Translations under genes and position numbers: made by a program
In this document: in pieces, positions 1 through 8,078 of the stretch
Position numbering within the stretch: position 1 is the first letter of the stretch
Layout: each line of letters starts with the position of its first letter
From: an uncultured delta proteobacterium
Lineage (GTDB): Bacteria; Desulfobacterota; RBG-13-43-22
Length of the DNA: 13,464 nt
NCBI GenBank assembly: GCA_963802945.1
Contig: CAWDKY010000008.1
Coordinates: forward strand, 1-13,464
Direction: 5' to 3'
The notes under the pieces: generated by a model
The model's database searches: none
Seen by the model: only the letters and a program-made list of their open reading frames with translations
What the model was told of the DNA's origin: nothing

Positions 1-2
1 GA

Positions 3-1055
3 AAGATATTTGAACAGGTTGAAGACGGCCTAGCCGAAATCGATCTGAAGGGGAACATCACTTTCGTTAACAACGGCGCCGCAAAAATTTGGGCCGGTTC
101 TGTGGAAACGATGATAGGCCTGAACTATCGGTCCTATTTGGATGAAGAAACAGCCAAGGTGGTTTATCAAGCCTATAATAAAGTTTATAGAACCGGCGTT
201 CCCGCTAAATTCAGTTATGAAATCACCAGGAAGGACGGTCTGCAGAGGTTCGTCGAAGATTCCATTTCTCTGACAAAAAATGCAGAAGGGAAAATCACCG
301 GGTTTCGGGTTGTCACCCGGGATATTCAGCAACGGAAGGAAGCAGAAAGGGCATTGGCCGAACATCGCATTCGATTAGAGGCCATATTCGGCAGTGTAAA
401 AGATGCTATTATTACCGTGGATCCGAAATTAAGGGTTATTGAAGCCAACAAATCCACGGAAAATATCTGCGGGTATTCCTTCAAAGAAATCTCCGGCAAG
501 ATGCTTCCTCAGTGCATGAACCAATGTAGTCAATCCTGCGGGGAGGTCTTAAAACAAACCCTCCAAAAGAAGATCACCATCAAGGAATACCGGACCGAAT
601 GTGGGCATCAACAGCATCATCGCCAGATTGTCAGCCTGACCAGTTCTCCGCTTCTCGATCCGGAAGGAAATTTCCTGGGGGCCATGCTTGTCATCCGGGA
701 TATTACTCTGCTCAGAGACCTGGAAAAAAAGTTAAGGGAAAGACATCAGTTTCATAAAATTATCGGTAAAAGTAAAAAAATGCAGGATATATATGGCCTG
801 TTGGAGGACTTAGCCAATCTGGAAACCACGGTTCTAATCACCGGGGAAAGCGGGACAGGAAAGGATTTGATTGCCAGGGCGCTTCATTACAGCGGACAGC
901 GGGCCTTCAAGCCTTTCGTACCGGTGAACTGCTCGGCGCTGACGGAAAGTCTTTTGGAAAGCGAGCTTTTCGGTCATGTCAAGGGGGCCTTTACCGGGGC
1001 CATTAAAGATAAACTGGGCCGTTTCCAATTAATGATGGCCAGCATCATCCCTTGA
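3..1055 (+). pseudogene. PAS-PAS-AAA+ sigma-54-dependent transcriptional activator (NtrC/bEBP family); 5' end outside window, 3'-truncated
   Basis: Frame is open from position 3 (KIFEQVEDGLAEIDLKGNITFVNN...). Two PAS/PAC-like segments, then Walker A GESGTGKD, ESELFGH and GAFTGA. After GRFQL the protein ends in MMASIIP* with no Walker B (FLDEI), no rest of AAA+ and no Fis HTH. Confidence 0.9.
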
Positions 1056-1173
1056 TCTTGGTTTCTACCTCGCAGCATTGCCTCCTTAGTATTTGTTGGA
1101 GGCATATTATCAAATCGCTTCTATTTTGGAATCGAAAAATGATCGCTTTTAAGAGTTTTTCAGCAAACTGCTA
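1029..1173 (-). mobile_element. Left-end remnant of an IS5/IS1182-like insertion sequence (terminal IR, RBS, first ~17 transposase codons)
   Basis: Minus strand begins TAGCAGTTTGCTGAAAAACTC (1173-1153), resembling AGCAGGCTGCTGAAAAA-type IS ends recalled from memory. AAGGAGG (1087-1081) precedes ATG 1078, giving MLRGRNQDQGMMLAIIN, similar to the MRG..Q..MF N-terminus of DUF772-type transposases. Confidence 0.6.
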
Positions 1174-1226
1174 ACATTTAATTCCTTCCTCAACAATCTA
1201 AAAGAAACGGCAAGGCTGAGAGGGAT

Positions 1227-1260
1227 TTTTTATTTTCGGCGAGATGCTCGCAAATAAAAA
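1227..1260. repeat. Imperfect palindrome / possible bidirectional terminator or MITE core
   Basis: TTTTTATTT-tcg-GCGAG-atg-CTCGC-AAATAAAAA. Confidence 0.45.
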
Positions 1261-1466
1261 GAAATACCCCCTGGGTAATTTCAGCAATTCTGTGGTCGAT
1301 GGGATCTTTTGGCGGACAAAGGCGGACTGTTAGGAAACTTGATTGTTATCTGGGAATGGTCCGGTGGTCACAGTTATAATCGTGGCCTCTTGCCATGGAT
1401 AAGCCGGAGAAAAGGCCTGCCCGACAGCCTCCATACAGAAGAAAATGCATCCTTCCCCCGCCCAGA

Positions 1467-1595
1467 CTAACTCGGTATAGGTGTAATAGTAATAATGGTG
1501 AACCCTCTGAGAGTAGTGCCTGAAACCGTGGCATCAATTTCCGTGTCGATTTGTGAATATATGGAAAGTGCTGTATAGGTGACGGTTAAGGGCAT
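1467..1595 (-). pseudogene. Orphan C-terminal fragment paralogous to the lipoprotein at 3358-3858
   Basis: Translates as MPLTVTYTALSIYSQIDTEIDATVSGTTLRGFTIITITPIPS*, aligning by eye with LTTTFTAPSPYSYSGETFNTVITSTVAGTNIQGSIPLAIIVLPSS*. An in-frame TGA lies immediately upstream. Confidence 0.65.
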
Positions 1596-1653
1596 TCACA
1601 CCACCCTACCAGTATTATATTTGCTGGATTTTACCCCACATTAGGGTCATTAC

Positions 1654-1692
1654 GGACACTACGTTTTGTGTCCACACTTGTGTCCACGGACA
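1654..1692. repeat. TTGTGTCCAC direct repeat (12-bp period) with inverted GGACAC/GGACA copies; possible recombinase arm-type sites
   Basis: TTGTGTCCAC at 1666-1675 and 1678-1687; GGACAC at 1654-1659; GGACA at 1688-1692. Confidence 0.5.
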
Positions 1693-2049
1693 AGGAAGTT
1701 CTCATTATCAGAATGAATAAAGAATGGATAACCAACCCTGTCCTGCATCTGGACTTTGTTGTGGTAGAACGTCTTCCCCTTGGTCATACTAAAATCTTAA
1801 GAGAAACAATTCAGTAAAAAGCAACCTTATAATCAAGGCCAATCTGACCTTCCTCTTTTTCCCACGACTAAACCCCGACTTTACCAACTCTACAAAAAAA
1901 ATAATTCTAATAATATCTAATAAAAGGTCACAAATGAGCACCCTTTTATATACCAGTGTTTCCGTAGACAAACAAACCAAAAAAGACCTTCCCATACCTA
2001 ATATCTCGGATCTGGCCCCACCTTGCAACCAGGTCCTTTCTTCTTTTTT

Positions 2050-2262
2050 TCATGCCCTTAATCGATCATGGTGTTCAAGCCCATTTCTTCCAGAGACCAT
2101 CTTCAACCTGGGGTCTCCCTTATCGATCCGAATCAATTCCCCTTTGGATAGGTTAAAAACAATCTCAGCATAAAAAGGCCAGCACACACCATAAAGAAGA
2201 ATACCCACTTCAAGCATCCTGCCATTATATAGTGCATGCTGTCCCCTGGTTGATTTCCCCAT
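2050..2262 (-). CDS. Small hypothetical protein (70 aa), possibly from a phage/island remnant
   Basis: Purine-rich GGGGAAGG upstream of ATG. Lies ~22 nt downstream of the upstream pseudogene's shifted-frame stop. Its stop overlaps (ATGA) a further short ORF MKKRRKDLVARWGQ... No recognisable motif. Confidence 0.35.
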   Translation of the reverse strand: MGKSTRGQHALYNGRMLEVGILLYGVCWPFYAEIVFNLSKGELIRIDKGDPRLKMVSGRNGLEHHDRLRA

Positions 2263-2284
2263 TTAACCTTCCCCATTATCCTTA

Positions 2285-2789
2285 TCAACAATTGATCCAC
2301 CCAAACTCGGGCGAATATCTACGATTACCATAGGTCATCATGGGATGAATATCATTCTCAAGTTCAACATCATGTCGGGTTTGTCTGATCCAGGTCTTAA
2401 GGTATGCCAACATCCCATTGTGTGCAGTCCACCACCAGCCATAACGATCGTTTATTTTTCAGTTGCGCCTTTTTGACTTTGCCGGACTGCATAAACGTTA
2501 AGCAAATGGCTTCTTGAATCAGATCCTCTTTGATAGACCTGGCCACCGGATTCCTTGAGAAATTTTTATAAAAGACTTTCCTGGCAATATTATAAGCACT
2601 GGTTGGATGGAAATGTTCGCGATCAATGATGACCTGCTTTTTGTTGTAATTCTTAATGAACCATCCTCTTTTTATGGAGGCGTGAGCGGTATTTTTCGAG
2701 ATGCCATATTTTTCCGTAATTTCTCCAACTGACATGCCTTTTGGTACAAACACTTTTTCTCTATGAATCTCAATGTCTCTGGATTCCAT
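2285..2789 (-). pseudogene. Frameshifted HTH + sigma70 region-2-like protein
   Basis: N-terminal HTH-like MSVGEITEKYGISKNTAHASIKRGW, then EDLIQEAICLTF. The annotated frame stops at 2397, but another frame from about 2458 reads KINDRYGWWWTAHNGMLAYLKTWIRQTRHDVELENDIHPMMTYGNRRYSPEFGWINC* (stop 2285-2287). Confidence 0.5.
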
Positions 2790-2948
2790 ATATGGTTCGT
2801 TATCATGCTATGGGGTTAATGGATTTTTTGAATGAAGGGGATGAAGGGGGTTAGTTGTACTGGGGAATGACAGAAAAACAGAAGCGGGGTTGAAGAAGGT
2901 TCAGGGGATAAGAATCCCCTTCTATAGATTGCTCCAAGGAAAGGGCGG

Positions 2949-2973
2949 GATAGCCCCTCGAGGGGTTATCTTT
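2949..2973. terminator. GC-rich hairpin, candidate intrinsic terminator
   Basis: GATAGCCCC-TCGA-GGGGTTATC, a 22-bp near-perfect palindrome followed by TTT on the + strand. Confidence 0.35.
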
Positions 2974-3357
2974 AATAATTTAATATACATAGTCAAATTG
3001 GTAGGTAGCAAGGGTATAGATTCAGCAGAATGGCAATAGACTGGGAAGAGGGATTAGATTCTGATTAGGGTCATCTAATTAAAAAACGAAGTTGGATAGG
3101 GTTAACTAATCCCAAAAAGGACCTAAATAAATTTTTGAAATCTTGATAACGACTAGTTGGTCGTTTTGGGGCTATTTGGGTTGTTGGTAGATCATTGAAC
3201 TAGGAGGGTCTAATCTTTATTTGGCTATAGCTCTTTTGAGTTGACTTTAACCCTTTGTTATAGTTAATATTATTCATTCTATTTTTTGCTTTCTTAAGGT
3301 TGGCAACCCCTAAACCGAAAGGCTGGTCCATGAAGCAGTTTGATAAGACCCTTTTTC

Positions 3358-3858
3358 TCAGGAAGAAGGAAGTACTATTATAGCTAAAGGGATGGACCCT
3401 TGTATATTCGTCCCTGCGACCGTAGACGTAATTACCGTATTGAAAGTTTCCCCTGAGTAACTATATGGCGAAGGGGCGGTAAAGGTAGTTGTTAGCGCCC
3501 CCCCAGAGGTTGACCCTGTTAAGCTGGTATTTGTCGATCCATTAAAAGTACCTCCCGCCGAAGAAGTCAATATAATGGTAGCATCGGTCCGATTCCCTTT
3601 CGAATCAGTTAAAATAACTGTAATGACGGTGGTCCCACCAGCGTACATTGTGTTAGCTGTGGCAGATACAGCGACATTGGCTACTGTACCGCCGGAACTT
3701 CCAAAGCCGGTGGTGGTTCCGCTGCCGACGCTATTTTGTTTATTGACATCCGAGACATTGCACCCCAGGGAAATTACCAGGGCGGCTCCCAGTAAAAAAA
3801 CCACAGTAATTGAGGAAAGAATTTTTAAGAAATGTTTTTTATTCCCAATTAGTGACAT
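3358..3858 (-). CDS. Putative lipoprotein with one bacterial Ig-like (Big_1/invasin-like) domain, 166 aa
   Basis: Likely start ATG 3858 overlaps the gspG end by 20 nt. Basic N-region, hydrophobic stretch and imperfect lipobox ISLG|C, then a Gly/Ser/Thr linker and the beta-rich pattern VAVSATANTMYAGGTTVITVILTDSKGN. Confidence 0.7.
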   Translation of the reverse strand: MSLIGNKKHFLKILSSITVVFLLGAALVISLGCNVSDVNKQNSVGSGTTTGFGSSGGTVANVAVSATANTMYAGGTTVITVILTDSKGNRTDATIILTSSAGGTFNGSTNTSLTGSTSGGALTTTFTAPSPYSYSGETFNTVITSTVAGTNIQGSIPLAIIVLPSS

Positions 3859-4267
3859 CTTGGTCTTCGCCTTCTCCGCCGGGTTTGTTGTCGCGACCCA
3901 AGGAGTAAAGATCATATTCCCCATGCGTACCGGGGCATTGATAATTGTAAGGTCTTCCCCAGGGGTCCAAAGGAAGATTTTTCTTTAGATAAGGACCGTC
4001 CCAATTTTCCTGTCCCGGGTTAGTCATCAAGGCATTTAATCCCTCCTGTGTTGAAGGATAAGAACCGGTATCCAACCGATATTGATCCAGGGCTTGACCC
4101 AAAAGCTCAATTTGGGCTTTGGCTGCCGCTTGCTTTCCCTTACCCAACTTTGGGAAAAGCCTGGGGGCCACCAAGGCCGCCAGCAGGCCGATGATGACCA
4201 TGACCACCATAAGCTCAATCAAGGTAAAGCCGCGATGGTCTGACTGGGACCGCTTGGGGATAACCAT
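3839..4267 (-). CDS. gspG: T2SS major pseudopilin GspG
   Basis: Prepilin site RG|FTLIELMVVMVIIGLLAALV; conserved YPSTQEGLNAL, WDGPYL, DPWGRPYNY and SLGRDNKPGGEGED. RBS GGGAAGGGAG. Confidence 0.97.
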   Translation of the reverse strand: MVIPKRSQSDHRGFTLIELMVVMVIIGLLAALVAPRLFPKLGKGKQAAAKAQIELLGQALDQYRLDTGSYPSTQEGLNALMTNPGQENWDGPYLKKNLPLDPWGRPYNYQCPGTHGEYDLYSLGRDNKPGGEGEDQDVTNWE

Positions 4268-4559
4268 ATCTCTCCCTTCCCTTTTCCCTGAATCCTTTGC
4301 CTGATTTTTTTAAATTAAAATACAAAACAGATGGTTAGTCAATAAAAAAATAAAATCCGCTTTAAAATCGATCAACGCTGAAACCACTCCTGTTGGTATA
4401 CGGTCATGAACGTGTAAGAAAAGGGAGGTCCAGAAAAATTTAAGAATATAAGTTTAACCTTCGAAATTGATCTGCAATTTTTTATTTGTTTATTTTCAAT
4501 TTTTGGTGTATTAAAAATATTTTGCAGATATTTTGATGAACTTAAGGAGGTTTATTCTT
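4268..4559. promoter_or_regulatory. AT-rich divergent promoter region between gspG and gspD, with the gspD RBS at 4544-4550
   Basis: Non-coding AT-rich gap between divergent genes. AAGGAGG lies 9 nt before the in-frame TTG at 4560. No specific promoter boxes could be pinned. Confidence 0.5.
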
Positions 4560-6557
4560 TTGGTAAAAAGGGCATCCCGATTCAGCCAAATCGGTCTTAT
4601 CTTTGTCATTGCTGCCCTGCCCTTCCTGGGGTCGCCGATTTCAGCTCAAACGCCCCTGCCACCCCTGTCCCCAGGATCTTCCCAGAAACAACCCCCCCTG
4701 GGTCAACCACCAATGCCTGTCCCGACATCTGAGGCGCCGGCACCTGCACCTTCAATATCATCAATGCCGTCCCCGATTCCCGGCCAACAACCAGGGGCAT
4801 CGGTAACCAATCCTCCTGCCAACAACAGACCTGAACCGTCCAATAACCAACAACCTTCTGCAAAAAGGGGAGAGGTCAGTTTTAATTTTGATGACGCTGA
4901 TGTCTTCTCCGTCATCCAGACCATTTTTGGAGGTGTTCTGAAATTCAATTATGTTATCGACCCTAAAGTAACCGGGCGGGTGAATTTCAGATCGGTGGCC
5001 CCGGTAGCCAAAGAAGATGTCCTCCCATTAATGGAGGTTATTTTACGCCTAAACGGTATCGGCGTTGTGGAAGAGGGTGGGCTTTATCGCATTATCCCTA
5101 TTGCCGATATGCCCAAAGAACCGGCCCCGGTTAAGATCGGACGGGAGCCGGGCAAGGTAACCTTGCAAGGTCTGGGATTACTTCAAGTCGTTCCTATAAA
5201 ATTTGTTACCTCTACGGAAATGGTTAAGGTTCTGACCCCCTTTCTATCCACGAATGCGGTGATCGTGGATGTGCCTAAAATAAACTATCTCATTCTGGTG
5301 GATACGGATGCCAATGTAAAAAGACTCCTGCAATTAGTCGAGATATTTGACAGCGAACAGCTTAAAAAAATAAAACCTGAGGTCTTTGTCTATCCGGTTC
5401 AAAATGCCAAGGCCGAGGACCTGGCCAGTTTGCTGCAACAGATATTCTTGGGGGCAAAAGCTCCGGCAAAATCCTCTACAACCCAAACAACATCCACAAC
5501 ATCGTCCAAACCGGCGACTACCGGAGCCCAACCCACCACACCTACGGCCCCTCTTCAAACCCAGACCACCATTGGTGCTTCCATGGGCGGAGAGGCGTTG
5601 GTTTCTGAAATTACCAAGATTTTTCCCGATAAGATTACCAATGCGCTGGTCATCTTGGCCACACCCGAGGACTATGCCCTTATCTTGGAAACCTTGAAAA
5701 AGCTGGATCAGGTCCCAAGACAGGTGATGATCGAGGTGCTCATTGCCGAGATAACCTTATCCGGTGAATTAAAATTTGGGTTGGAGTGGTCCTTACAAGC
5801 AATGGCGAATCAAGGTTTTGCTACTATTACAGGAAGTTTTATCCCGACTACGACTACCACTAACGCAGCCGGTACTACAACAACCACCCAGCCAGCGGGA
5901 TTTTCTTTTTTGGGAATTGATAAAACCGGATTGGTCCAGGGATTCTTAAATACTTTGGCTACCCAAGGAAAAACCAATGTCCTGGCCTCACCCCATATCC
6001 TGGCTGCGGATAACCGGAAGGCCAAGATCCAGATCGGCAGTCAGGTCCCCGTTGTCACCGCCGTACTAAGCACCACAACAACCACCCAATCCGTGGAATA
6101 TAAAGATACCGGGGTGATCCTGGAAATAACACCGAACATCAATGACAGCGGGCTGGTGTCCCTGGAGATCAACCAGGAGGTTTCAGATTATACCTACCAA
6201 ACAATCGGCGGATACCAATATCCGATATTTACCCAAAGAAAGGCCTCCACCTATACGGTGGCCCAGGACGGACAGACTATTGTCCTGGGCGGATTGATTC
6301 AAGAAAATATAGGCCGGACCAGATCCGGGTTACCCTTTCTAAGTAACATCCCCATCCTCGGATATCTTTTTGGTTATACGGATGACACCTCCGCCCGAAC
6401 TGAAATCATCTTATTACTCACACCCCGAGTGGTCAAAAATCAAAAAGAGGCCGAGAATCTGACCGATTTTTACATACACCGGCTGGATAAGAGTTTCAAA
6501 AAACAGATTAAAATGGAAGAATTGATCCCTCAAAAAGAAAAAAAGGATGCCAAGTGA
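4560..6557 (+). CDS. gspD: T2SS secretin GspD
   Basis: Signal peptide, Pro-rich linker, N0 (VSFNFDDADV...YVIDPKVTGRV), ring-building domains, and secretin motifs (PRQVMIEVLIAEI, NVLASPHILAADNRKAKIQIG, DGQTIVLGGLI, LPFLSNIPILGYLF). TTG 4560 is preferred over 4533/4536 because of the RBS position. Confidence 0.96.
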   Translation: MVKRASRFSQIGLIFVIAALPFLGSPISAQTPLPPLSPGSSQKQPPLGQPPMPVPTSEAPAPAPSISSMPSPIPGQQPGASVTNPPANNRPEPSNNQQPSAKRGEVSFNFDDADVFSVIQTIFGGVLKFNYVIDPKVTGRVNFRSVAPVAKEDVLPLMEVILRLNGIGVVEEGGLYRIIPIADMPKEPAPVKIGREPGKVTLQGLGLLQVVPIKFVTSTEMVKVLTPFLSTNAVIVDVPKINYLILVDTDANVKRLLQLVEIFDSEQLKKIKPEVFVYPVQNAKAEDLASLLQQIFLGAKAPAKSSTTQTTSTTSSKPATTGAQPTTPTAPLQTQTTIGASMGGEALVSEITKIFPDKITNALVILATPEDYALILETLKKLDQVPRQVMIEVLIAEITLSGELKFGLEWSLQAMANQGFATITGSFIPTTTTTNAAGTTTTTQPAGFSFLGIDKTGLVQGFLNTLATQGKTNVLASPHILAADNRKAKIQIGSQVPVVTAVLSTTTTTQSVEYKDTGVILEITPNINDSGLVSLEINQEVSDYTYQTIGGYQYPIFTQRKASTYTVAQDGQTIVLGGLIQENIGRTRSGLPFLSNIPILGYLFGYTDDTSARTEIILLLTPRVVKNQKEAENLTDFYIHRLDKSFKKQIKMEELIPQKEKKDAK

Positions 6558-6697
6558 CCAGGGACAGGTAACGGGTACAACACTACTGGTCAGGACCAAT
6601 AATCACCTCTTGAATCTTTCCTTTATCGCCAAGGCGGATTGCTTCCTTATCAGTTTTTAACGCCCTTCGATCGCTGCTTTTCAAAAATTGAGGATCG

Positions 6698-7432
6698 TTA
6701 TTCATCAGGCATGGGGATGGGCATTGCCGGCCCGATAGGCGGGGAAATCCCGGGCATCGGGCCGGGAGGCGGGGGCATACGACTGGGAGGCCCAGGTCTT
6801 TGCCCGGGAACAGGAGCTGACGGTCCGATCCTTGTCGGCTGGGGAAGAATAGGAGTAGGAGCCGGTGCACCAGAGGCCGGAACGGACGGTCTTCTGTGCC
6901 CTGAGGTCGTTTCCCTGGCCTTGGATGAACCTGGTTCTTGCAGGAGGACCTGAAGGATTTCATCTTCCCGGGTCATCATTACCTTGTCGGTCATGATCTC
7001 CTTCAACTTGAAACCGCTTAACGACTCTCCAATCATTAAGGCGGTTTGTCTCTGCCCCCGGCCGGGGGTTGAAACCGGGGCCTTTTTGTCTTCTAGATAA
7101 GCCACTTTCAAATCAGGGGTTATTAAGGTTCCGAAGAGGACAAATTCCGGTTTGGGAAGGACGGCCTCCGGTTTTGTTTCAGGCGGGATAATGCGTTCGG
7201 GATGAAAAAGATTTTGGTCGGCAATATCCCTATATTCTTGGGGTGAGGGCGCTTGGGTTTTCAAGGATTCGTTGGGGTTCTTTTCAACCGGCTTCTTTTT
7301 AATCAGGGTAGGAACATAAACTACATCCGAATCCACCCGGGGGAGAAGGAAACCAAAAAGAAAAACCAAAAAGGCGATGATCAAGATACAGTTCAACACA
7401 TTAAAATTTTTTATGACCCGAATCAGATCCAT
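6698..7432 (-). CDS. T2SS GspN/GspC-like bitopic protein with Pro-rich C-terminal tail
   Basis: N-terminal TM helix, NLFHPER motif, FVLFGTLI...GESLSGFKLKEIMTDKV (HR-domain-like). ATG 7432 is 1 nt after the gspM stop. Position after gspM supports the call. Confidence 0.75.
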   Translation of the reverse strand: MDLIRVIKNFNVLNCILIIAFLVFLFGFLLPRVDSDVVYVPTLIKKKPVEKNPNESLKTQAPSPQEYRDIADQNLFHPERIIPPETKPEAVLPKPEFVLFGTLITPDLKVAYLEDKKAPVSTPGRGQRQTALMIGESLSGFKLKEIMTDKVMMTREDEILQVLLQEPGSSKARETTSGHRRPSVPASGAPAPTPILPQPTRIGPSAPVPGQRPGPPSRMPPPPGPMPGISPPIGPAMPIPMPDE

Positions 7433-7433
7433 T

Positions 7434-8078
7434 TTATTTGCCTCCATACAAGGCGGAGACATCCAGTTTGACCATGAGTTCCCTCGGCTCCCTGAAATTT
7501 CTGACCCGGCAATCCAGTTCTTTGATCACCAGATAAGGAGTCCTGGTCTCTATAAAAAAAACAATGTCCCTTAAAGCCCCGGTGTCGGGGGCAGTGAAAT
7601 CAAAGCTCGCACTGATGATCTTAAATCGTCTTTTGTTTTCGTATTTTTCTTTTTTGACTTTGAAATCCTTTTCCGTTTTTGGTCCCTTGGGTTCCTCTTT
7701 TTTGGGCCCGGAAGGCCCGGAGACGATTTCTTCCTCCTTCCCTATTCTTTCACTGGATATAATGCCCCCCCTACTGGTAATGATGCCCTTGACCATGTCC
7801 TGAAGAGCAGCCGCGGCCAAAGAAAAGCTCTCCCCCTCCATCAGTTTTGCCGTTTCGGCCTTTCTTTGATCTTTAATGGTGATGAGCTTTTTTTCCAGAT
7901 CGGGTTTCTCGGCAATGATAGCCAAATATTTTTGAAGGGTTTTGGCCTTACTTTCTTGTTCCTCACGTATCAGGTTCAACTCTTCTTTAATCCGAAGGAA
8001 GCCGTATTGATAAATGACCAACCCCGCCAGGATCACCAAAGCAGGAATGGCCCAGATAAAAATTCTATTTTTTTTCAT
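7434..8078 (-). CDS. gspM: T2SS GspM (PilO-like)
   Basis: N-terminal TM, coiled coil, AAAALQDMVKGII, C-terminal ferredoxin-like pattern (LRDIVFFIET...LVIKELD...LMVKLDVSAL). Overlaps the gspL stop. Confidence 0.85.
   Translation of the reverse strand: MKKNRIFIWAIPALVILAGLVIYQYGFLRIKEELNLIREEQESKAKTLQKYLAIIAEKPDLEKKLITIKDQRKAETAKLMEGESFSLAAAALQDMVKGIITSRGGIISSERIGKEEEIVSGPSGPKKEEPKGPKTEKDFKVKKEKYENKRRFKIISASFDFTAPDTGALRDIVFFIETRTPYLVIKELDCRVRNFREPRELMVKLDVSALYGGK

Noticed and set aside
1330-1400. Second orphan lipoprotein tail (ATIITVTTGPFP on the minus strand)
   Set aside because: The match to TIITITP is too short to distinguish from chance.
1583-1611. ...CACCACCCTACCA as a tRNA/tmRNA 3' end (att core)
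   Set aside because: Ends in ACCA but has no GGTTCRA T-loop or pairing T-stem.
1695-1710. Fur-box-like CTCATTATCA
   Set aside because: Only a half-site, with no clear downstream gene.
1789-2173. ORFs 1789-2028(-) and 1934-2173(+)
   Set aside because: No motifs, and they conflict with the better-coupled minus-strand ORFs.
3334-3342. AGCAGTTTG as partner IR of the IS end at 1153-1173
   Set aside because: Only 9 bp, and it faces the wrong way to enclose an element.
4504-4526. Sigma-54 promoter (TGG...TTGC) upstream of gspD
   Set aside because: GG-to-GC spacing is far longer than the required 10 nt.
6583-6963. ORFs 6583-6963(-), 6639-6953(+) and the other antisense or overlapping ORFs in the track
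   Set aside because: Shadow frames of well-supported genes with no motifs.
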